The position numbers and the translations under genes are program-made. 7,302 bases of DNA, taken from Octopus sinensis (Eukaryota). This document shows, in pieces, positions 1 to 6,880 of this stretch (position 1 is its first letter; each line of letters opens with the position of its first letter). Under the pieces are notes generated by a model. That model made no database searches, was not told the DNA's origin, and was given only the letters and a program-made list of their open reading frames with translations. Where the stretch lies: the NCBI RefSeq assembly GCF_006345805.1, contig NW_021828965.1, forward strand, positions 1 through 7,302. Reading direction: 5' to 3'.

Positions 1-44
1 CACACACACACACACACACGCACGCATACACACACACACACACA
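1..44. repeat. (CA)n microsatellite, truncated by the window edge
   Basis: Direct CA dinucleotide run with a short CG/TA interruption around 20-28. Confidence 0.95.
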
Positions 45-262
45 GGTAGAGAGGGGCATGGAAGGAAAATGTGGGGGAGAGAAAGGGTATGGAAGGGAAT
101 GGCGCAGAGCTACCAAGCTGGATAAAAGTGGAGATTGAAAGATAGATAGCCGGCTTAATTAATTGATTGGCTGATTAATTAACCGACAACGGGTTTATAC
201 TGTCGCTGCACGAGTTAGAATTTGCAGCATCTACATAGTTCCAAGACGAAATCTACGAATAT

Positions 263-301
263 TATATACACACATACATATATACACACATACATATACC
301 C

Positions 302-350
<49 letters not shown>

Positions 351-412
351 CCTCTAAAAGCGTATGCACATCTAAACCCATATACATATATACCCATATG
401 TCTGTACGCATA
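263..412. repeat. Compound (TA)n/(CA)n/(TACA)n microsatellite
   Basis: Near-pure TA run at about 302-350 with degenerate TA/CA flanks. It generates the YIYI-type ORFs in the track. Confidence 0.9.
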
Positions 413-837
413 CACAGTTGCAACCGTTTTTGGTATTGAGCGGGATTATTAAACCCATTCTCTGATCTGTTTTCAATTAAATACCTTAAAAAGCTGCTGA
501 CAACCTTCTCTTAGTTTATGAAAATGTACTGATTCGCTCAAAACCAATGAGAGTCGTAACGATCTTGAAAACTGCCGGCTTTTATCCATTACTATTTTGT
601 AGATTACTAGAGTAAAACCTTTAGTTAAGAGGTTTGATGTGTTGGAAGTGACGTAGGAAAATGTGCACCAGACTCCAGTTTTGTATACATACTGTGACAT
701 CCATTAGATTTGGATCCGTATATAAAAGATTTTGCTTCAGTTTATTGCAGTATTAAAGACCCAGACGGGTGCGAGAGTCACGGTCGATGCACAGTATGAC
801 ACGGTACACTTACGGCTCCATTAGCGTTTTGAGGGAC

Positions 838-1129
838 TATATATATATATAATATATAATATATACATACATATGTAGTATGTATATATGTATATATATG
901 TGTCTATATGTATATATGTGTATATAAGATATCTATATATTATATATATAATATATATATATACACACGTAAGTATATATATATATATATAATACACACA
1001 CATATATAAGTCTATATCTATATTCCCGTTATATATCTATATTAGCTCAACTTTAGATGAACATACACATATACATATATATGTGTGTATATATATATGT
1101 ATAAATATATATATACACATACATATATG

Positions 1130-1162
<33 letters not shown>

Positions 1163-1225
1163 ATATATATGTGTGTGAATACACACACACAGCTATATTT
1201 ATAAGAATACACACACTCACACATA
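838..1225. repeat. Large degenerate (TA)n/(TG)n/(CA)n microsatellite field
   Basis: Two TA-dominated blocks (about 838-1035 and 1060-1225) of alternating purine-pyrimidine sequence. Confidence 0.9.
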
Positions 1226-1623
1226 CGTTAATAAAAATGGATACCATGTCCACACAATCTTCCTTTTATCTTAAGCCTATCTTTTCAGTCGCCTTTGATC
1301 TACAAATAATGTTTGTAACATATTTATATTGAAACAAACTTTGTTTATCTCTATTTTAATCGCAAACATTCTCTCCCTCCGCCATTTCCTCTCAACGGCA
1401 CTTGTGTCACTCTCTGTTGCCTTAGAAACACATTTTTTCTTTTTTTATTATAACATCTGACTTACCAGAGTTCGCTGATCCTATTAACCGAATGTGAGCA
1501 ACCACGTATGCATACAACCCACTCATCTATTGTAGTTTTTTAGGGTACATTAAGGGTACCGAGAAGTAATGTTGCATTTCATGTAATAAGTTCAAATCAG
1601 CATAAAACACATCGTAAACTTAT

Positions 1624-2136
1624 TTATTCATTGAAAATGTTATCACCGTCTGTAGCAATAACATTTTCTCACCTCGAAACCAATTTTCTGATTCCTCAGC
1701 AAAAAAAAAAAAAAAAAAATCAGATTCTTTCGAAGAGAAAAATGCTTGGATTGTCGTTTCTCCACCACCCCTGGTTCTGAATGTTTTTCCAATTGCAAAG
1801 TGTTAAGGTAACTTAAACAAGTAAATATCTGTTAGTTCTAGACCTGGTGAGAAGGGAGGGTGAGATAGAACTTCCCAGGCTAATGATTTTATCTTTTCTT
1901 GGCTTATTTTTCGCTGAATGTAGCTTTGCATTATCGTGTTGCAGGACGAGGTGCCCACTGCTCTTCCCTATATAATGTTCCAATCTGCTTGAGATGATCT
2001 TGCAGAATAGACCAAGGTTTATTAAGGTTTCCGATCAAGTTTCCGGTACTTTGATGCAGGTCCTCTTCAATCACTGTTTTCATTGTGCCATTAGAGAAAA
2101 CAATTGGTCTTTCTGATCGATACCCATCCAAAAAAA
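1624..2136 (-). pseudogene. Mariner transposase remnant (second HTH, WVP linker, C-terminal catalytic region)
   Basis: Manual translation gives RSERP (RSGRP-like, 2119-2105) and MKTVIEEDLHQSTGNLIGNLNKPWSILQDHLKQIG (HTH). It continues with WAP (WVPHEL-like, 1957-1949), VLQHDNAKLH (1947-1918) and WEVLSHPPFSPGLELTD (HPPYSPDLAPSD-like, 1877-1827). It ends with GKTF...AFFSSKESDFF and GIRKLVSR*ENVIATDGDNIFNE* (stop 1626-1624). The second and third Asp codons start 106 nt apart, which is D34D spacing plus a 1-nt frameshift. Stops and frameshifts are present. Confidence 0.88.
1701..1719. repeat. A19 homopolymer inside the mariner remnant
   Basis: 19 consecutive A, falling on the TTT-rich DFF codons of the minus-strand transposase. 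Confidence 0.95.
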
Positions 2137-2589
2137 GGATCTTTTCGATTTCACGGCAGTTTTTTCTAGCGGTGTCATATGAAATTGTCACCCATAATTA
2201 TGACCCTAGTATCGATCTATTGCATTTCAATCTGTTTTAGGGTTAGGGTTAGTTATGGTTAGTTAGGGTTAGGGTTAGGGTTATGGGTGGGGGGAAGGGT
2301 ATCTTTCTTTCTTCACAAATGTAAATAAACCCAATCTGTTTCTTAAACGAGGGACATATTCATACGGCACAGAATGTTTTTTTACTTCAATGGACGTCAT
2401 TGATTGGTTAAATTGCAGAAATTGAAGAAGAAAAAAAACAACCAATATCTTACAAACTATAGAATTTTCTCAATAAAGCCAAGAGAAAAAGATGTTTTAG
2501 AAACACATTCTACCAGCATACGGAGTTTAGAATTTTTTAGTTACCTAGAAATTATGTTAAAAACTGCCGTTCAAACCGAAAAGATCCCC
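2137..2589. mobile_element. Non-autonomous TIR DNA transposon (MITE-like), possibly Mutator-type
   Basis: Left end is GGATCTTTTCGATTTCACGGCAGTTTTT (from 2137). The reverse complement of the right end (2559-2587) is GGATCTTTTCGGTTTGAACGGCAGTTTTT, giving a ~29-bp imperfect TIR. The ends are flanked by the direct repeat CCAAAAAAA at 2128-2136 and 2590-2598. No transposase coding. The superfamily is inferred only from the 9-bp TSD and G-rich TIR start. Confidence 0.8.
2237..2299 (+). repeat. Interstitial telomere-type (TTAGGG)n tract with G-rich tail
   Basis: Five perfect TTAGGG (2237, 2243, 2263, 2269, 2275) plus TTAG and TTATGG variants, followed by GTGGGGGGAAGGG. Confidence 0.9.
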
Positions 2590-3398
2590 CCAAAAAAACG
2601 AGCCGCTATGTTACAACAGCTATGATGCATCAGTTCAGTTCGAGAATATCAAGTGGAGTACGTCTTTCAGGCCTACATTCACTCTTCTTCTCTAACAGAC
2701 TACACACATTCGAATATGAAATATTAATACTCCATCCATATTTTCTGAATATTTTCTTTGTTTTCCTTACGCAAGATGGACATCCATCAGTTGCGCTAAA
2801 TAAACCAGATAAACAAAAAAAACAACAACAGACAATTTTTAATTCACATTTTCGAGAACCACCCCGGACTCCGGGTGAGAATTGCCTTCCCCCAAATGGA
2901 GCTACTCAGATCCTAACGCAGGATCATCGAATAAAAGAATTTAAAAATATGAAGGTAAAATTGTGAATTTAAAAATTAAGCAGTGATGCCCATGCAAAAT
3001 GTTAGCAATGCATGTGCAAAATTTTATGTCCCCTAAGGCTTGCACGACATCATAGACCTACGTGACCAGATCCTACGTAACATATCTTGTACCAATTTGG
3101 ATCGCAGGACTTCGGAACATGATAGTGTCATGATCTCAAACACAAGAAAAAGACCCCCAAAATGTTTGAAATTTCCACGGCTATTCCATCACATTTCAGT
3201 TATCTTCTAGAGATATGTTTTAAACAAAAGCTAAGAGGTACTTCACTTAGGCTCATCCGAGCCTAATGGGGCTACCGGTTTAGTTACCGTCCACCTGACC
3301 TTGCAACATGGATCCATGCTACTTGTAGCACTCATGAAACACATCACAAGTAACCTCACTCACACACACACACGTATATGTCAGATTAATTTTATTAA

Positions 3399-3541
3399 TG
3401 GCTAGAAATCTGCTACCCAACCACATAATTCCGAGTTCAGTCCCACCGCGTGACACCTCAAATGGGTATCTTCTATTATAGTCTCAGACCAACCAAAGAT
3501 TTCTGAGCGGATTTGGTAGACGGAAACTGAGACCTTGTGTG

Positions 3542-3600
<59 letters not shown>

Positions 3601-3765
3601 TGTGTTTGACCTCCACCACCGCCTGTTGTTGTGTTTACGTCCCTGTAATGTTGAGGTTCAACAAAAAACGACTGATAGAATTAGAAAACAATAAGATAAG
3701 TGGTGAGGTCGATTCGCCACGGTGTGCTGAGCATGGCCGCGGTCTAATGATTGACGCAAGTATAA
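3399..3765 (+). mobile_element. Diverged, 5'-eroded copy of the tRNA-derived SINE family seen at 5820-6222
   Basis: Colinear with the 5820 copy: B-box-like AGTTCAGTCCC (3434-3444), the shared GGATTTGGTAGACGGAAACTGA block, an internal microsatellite, then TGTCTGTGTTTG and AGCATGGCCGC near the 3' end. Confidence 0.85.
3543..3598. repeat. (TG)28 microsatellite inside the SINE
   Basis: Uninterrupted 56-bp TG run. Confidence 0.97.
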
Positions 3766-3959
3766 TATATATTTGGTCATCCCATAAATAATGCGATTTT
3801 TTCAATTGCAGGAATTAAAATTCGGAGGGGGACGGAATGAATTATCTGCATCAACTTGCTATAAAAACAGGTAGTAATTTTACCTTGTGTTTATTCTTAG
3901 TGCAAGTTCTGAAGAGTGCAGTTCATCATATGCGGTGTTTGAATTGATTCAAGTGCATT

Positions 3960-4800
3960 TAGGGAATCGTTTTCCATAACAATTTATTCTTCATGGAAAA
4001 AAGTATCCCAGAGTAAAATTCCCCATATCATTATTCCAATTTTCATATTGTCCAAATTTATTCGGAATCTTAGAATTGATAGTGAGAACTTTGATATCAA
4101 ATGTGACTTTATTCTCGTTCCCACAATTCCTGTTTCCCTGGCATTTCTCAGTCATATGAAATACTTTCTAAACCCTCTTCTTTTTAATCGCAAATCTGAA
4201 TTAATATCTCCTTATTTGAATAAACGTTTTAAATCCCCAAAATATTTTAAGCCATTCTTCCTGGCTAACAGTAGAACTCAGTCAATGAGGGTTAATTCTT
4301 TTCTATAAGATAAATCTCTCGCTCTTTCTCGAATATTAGTATTATGCCAACAAGATATTTCATGAAACGCACATCATGCTTTACCTTTCATCTCCACTGC
4401 TTTTTAAATATTTAAACGTATCAAGTTACTCTCCATATTTTATATTCGACCATTTTGATCGACCCATCTAATTCCTTGTTTATAAACACCACTCCTAATC
4501 CTTTTCGTTATTTCTTCTTCCCCATCACACAATTTCCTTCTCCCTATCTTCTCTCACCACCTCTCTCTCTCGCCCTCTCTCTCTCTCTTTCTCACTCGCT
4601 CGCCCACTCGCTCCTTCTTCTACCACCTCTCTTTCCAAACATTATATATGCAATATTTCGTTTCTCATTGCAATTCGATAATTTGCAAGATGAAACTGCG
4701 GTTATTGTAAACCTAACTCAACCTTTTCAGCTTTATAAATATTTTCTATTGTTCTTCCAACTCTATCACATTCTTTGTGTTCATTGTTCATTTCTAAAAC
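3960..4800 (-). mobile_element. Highly decayed non-LTR retrotransposon (LINE) apurinic-endonuclease-like coding fossil
   Basis: Across frameshifts the minus strand gives motifs in APE order. These are ELGLQ* (LQE-like, stop at 4704-4702), GKKK*RKGLGVVFINKE (GV at 4495), (IL)GDL (4243-4230, GDFN-like) and VTFDIKVLTINSKIP (4107-4063). The last has the same TF-x8-SKI spacing as L1 YTFFSAPHHTYSKID. The GD-to-TF spacing is about 44 codons versus about 47 in L1. Each motif alone is weak. Confidence 0.45.
4549..4636. repeat. CT-rich low-complexity tract
   Basis: Degenerate (CT)n/(CTCG)n, bracketed by the 11-bp direct repeat ACCACCTCTCT (4556-4566 and 4622-4632). Confidence 0.85.
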
Positions 4801-4807
4801 TGATCTG

Positions 4808-4882
4808 TACATACATATACATACATACGTCTGTGGGTGTATGTGTACAGGTATATTTGTATGTGCGTGTGTGTGTACATAC
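4808..4882. repeat. Degenerate (TACA)/(TG)/(TA) microsatellite
   Basis: Alternating purine-pyrimidine low-complexity sequence. Confidence 0.75.
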
Positions 4883-4920
4883 ATGTAAATGCCTTAGTGC
4901 TTACAATCCTCATCCATTAC

Positions 4921-5001
<81 letters not shown>
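4921..5001. repeat. Compound (TGT)11(TAT)16 microsatellite
   Basis: Direct count, consistent with the C11/Y16 runs in ORF 4837..5127. Confidence 0.95.
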
Positions 5002-5003
<2 letters not shown>

Positions 5004-5130
5004 TCCTTCTTTCTTCAAATTTTCTTCCGTTGCTCGCCGAGTGTTTTCCGTAAACCTAGGGCAGAGAAGCTCATTGTATGCATTCCCAAATTACACACGC
5101 CAATTCACAGGTAACATATGTATTTAAAAA

Positions 5131-5206
<76 letters not shown>

Positions 5207-5334
5207 TCCTTCTTTCTTCAAATTTTCTTCCGTTGCTCGCCGAGTGTTTTCCGTAAACCTAGGGCAGAGAAGCTCATTGTATGCATTCCCAAATTACACA
5301 CGCCAATTCACAGGTAACATATGTATTTAAAAAA
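5002..5334 (+). repeat. Perfect tandem duplication of a 130-bp unique core separated by (TAT)24
   Basis: 5002-5131 is identical to 5205-5334 (offset 203). A third, interrupted (TAT)n array follows at about 5335-5386. Confidence 0.95.
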
Positions 5335-5340
5335 TTATTA

Positions 5341-5385
<45 letters not shown>

Positions 5386-5389
<4 letters not shown>

Positions 5390-5570
5390 TCCGCCTCTGC
5401 GAAGGTGGAGGTATTGTTTTCAGCCGTGTTTGTTTGTCCTTGGACAAAATATCTCAAGTACCGCTTGATGGATTCGAATGAAACTTTCAGGAATGTCTAG
5501 TCTCGTGACTGGCACGAACTGATTAGATTTTGGGGTCGATCCGGTACTGGACAAGGATTTTGGATTATTT
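5386..5570 (+). mobile_element. Helentron-associated / DINE-1-like non-autonomous element (HINE-type), 5' part
   Basis: Terminal hairpin TACCTCCGCCT-ctgcga-AGGTGGAGGTA (5386-5413, 10/11 paired) sits next to a T-rich site. It is followed by a GTTT/GTCC micro-repeat and body motifs (GATGGATTCGAATGAAACTTTCAGGAATG, GATTTTGGGGTCGATCCGG) that I recall from this class of animal repeats. The right end is approximate. Confidence 0.6.
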
Positions 5571-5819
5571 GTTATATTTATTTTACTTTACATGAAGTAT
5601 TACGATCTTACGTTCACTTTCAAGTCTTTCTCTGATTATCTCCCTTGAAAGCACGCTCATGGTTTCCACGTAAGTTATGACTGCGTTGTTGCTTCCAAAG
5701 TTTTATTTTCGTTTCTCTATTATTAATTTTACTTGCGTCTCTATCTTAATAGAAACTGATCGATAAATCAAGCTACATAAACAAACGGCAGCGAAACCGT
5801 TCAGAAATTAAATAACACA

Positions 5820-6222
5820 GGCGCAGGAGTGGCTGTGTGGTAAGTAGCTTGTTTACCAACCACATGGTTCCGGGTTCAGTCCCACTGCGTGGCACCTTGG
5901 GCAAGTGTCTTCTGCTATAGCCTCGGGCCGACCAAAGCCTTGTGAGTGGATTTGGTAGACGGAAACTGAAAGAAGCCTGTCGTATATACGTATATATATA
6001 TATGCGTGTGTGAGTTTGTGTGTCTGTGTTTGTCTCCCTAGCATTGCTTGACAACCGATGCTGGTGTTTTTATGTCCCCGTTACTTAGCGGTTCGGCAAA
6101 AGAGACCGATAGAATAAGTACTGGGCTTACAAAAGAATAAGTCCCGGGGTCGAGTTTGCTCGATTAAAGGCGGTGCTCCAGCATGGCCGCAGTCAAATGA
6201 CTGAAACAAGTAAAAGAGTAAA
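5820..6222 (+). mobile_element. Full-length tRNA-derived SINE, CORE-like, resembling octopus OR/OK-class SINEs
   Basis: Pol III A box TGGCTGTGTGG (5830-5840) and B box GGTTCAGTCCC (5873-5883). CORE-like GCACCTTGGGCAAGTGTCTT follows from 5892, then an internal (TA)/(TG) tract at about 5983-6022. The 3' tail ends CAAGTAAAAGAGTAAA. A second colinear copy occurs in this window. The exact family name is not determinable without a library. Confidence 0.9.
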
Positions 6223-6438
6223 CATATTCAGTGACGATATTAAATTTAATTTATCCTCGACAATTTTTAGATTTACCAATTTTTAGTATATCGCTCCTGC
6301 TTAAAACCTCTTACCTACTTGAGAATAGCATTTCTAAGTCTGCCTTGATGGAAGCTTTACTTTTCGGATTCACGTTTTTGTGCGCAACGATATTGGTAAA
6401 CCTCCGTTGACAGCACCATTGATGTTGCTGTTGTTATG

Positions 6439-6492
<54 letters not shown>
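6439..6492. repeat. (ATT)18 microsatellite
   Basis: Pure ATT run with a degenerate GTT/GCT lead-in. Confidence 0.95.
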
Positions 6493-6494
<2 letters not shown>

Positions 6495-6548
6495 CATTAA
6501 GACTGCAACCTAGTAGAAACATTAGTACGCCGATTAAAATGCATAGTG

Positions 6549-6565
6549 CTACTACTACTACTACA

Positions 6566-6599
<34 letters not shown>

Positions 6600-6608
6600 T
6601 GGCTACCC

Positions 6609-6646
<38 letters not shown>

Positions 6647-6799
6647 GGTGTTGCTGTAGCAGTAGTAGTAGTTATAGTAGTAATAGTAGCAGTAATAGTG
6701 GAGGTAGCGACAGTAGTAGTAGTTGTAGTAGTAGTAGGGTGGTGTGGAGGTAGCAGTAGCAGCAACAGTAACAGCGGCCGCAGCAGCAGTAACAGCAAC

Positions 6800-6869
<70 letters not shown>
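6549..6869. repeat. (ACT)n followed by degenerate (AGT)n/(AGC)n trinucleotide field
   Basis: ACT arrays at 6549-6600 and 6611-6646, then AGT/AGC arrays at 6657-6869. The two halves are reverse complements of each other. Confidence 0.93.
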
Positions 6870-6880
6870 TGAGGCGATAT

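Larger units (their letters stand above)
1550..2740 (-). mobile_element. Defective mariner (Tc1/mariner, DD34D) DNA transposon, internally deleted and interrupted by a nested TIR element
   Basis: Transposase motifs appear in the correct order on the minus strand (see pseudogene entry). A mariner-like terminus TTAAGGGTACCGAGAAGTAATG starts at 1550, about 75 bp beyond the stop codon. A weak N-terminal remnant (HIRMCVVC, resembling HIRHCxLYEF) lies near 2700-2720 on the far side of the insert. The right TIR was not identified, so the right boundary is approximate. Confidence 0.8.

Noticed and set aside
741-824. Peptide FIAVLKTQTGARVTVDAQYDT, faintly like a KH-domain segment, after a possible acceptor at 739-740
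   Set aside because: It is short, has no GxxG motif, the donor is weak (ACG|GTACAC), and the frame closes upstream at 723-725. Chance similarity is likely.
215-1253. ORFs of 60-76 aa rich in YI/YV/HT repeats
   Set aside because: They are translations of TA/CA/TG microsatellites, which lack stop codons in some frames. There is no coding signal.
1931-2191. 86-aa minus-strand ORF as a real gene
   Set aside because: It is chimeric. The first 18 codons come from the MITE end and the rest is a mariner transposase fragment that goes out of frame at the deletion junction.
2237-2299. True telomere or chromosome-fusion scar
   Set aside because: There are only five perfect units, no head-to-head CCCTAA array, and the tract is enclosed within TIRs and a TSD.
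2840-2920. Right-hand TIR of the mariner
   Set aside because: Candidates near 2845-2866 and 2894-2916 match the reverse complement of the 1550 terminus too poorly to call.
2404-2966. ORFs 2404..2625 and 2622..2966
   Set aside because: They cross MITE and mariner boundaries, run antisense to the transposase remnant, and show no recognisable domain.
3812-3870. Possible 59-nt exon (TTGCAG|GAATTA...AACAG|GTAGTA; ELKFGGGRNELSASTCYKN)
   Set aside because: The acceptor is plausible but the donor is weak, the peptide is unrecognised, and no partner exon is evident. It would need RNA-seq support.
4048-5114. ORFs 4048..4308 and 4455..5114 (219 aa)
   Set aside because: They are the antisense shadow of a purine-rich decayed element plus CT, TG and TTG/TTA repeats that give poly-Leu. 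They are not credible proteins.
4954-5386. CRISPR-like repeat-spacer pattern
   Set aside because: The repeats are variable-length trinucleotide runs, the two spacers are identical and 130 bp long, the context is eukaryotic, and there are no cas genes.
5820-5895. Functional tRNA gene
   Set aside because: It has A and B boxes but no convincing cloverleaf or acceptor stem, and it continues directly into SINE body sequence that is repeated elsewhere in the window.
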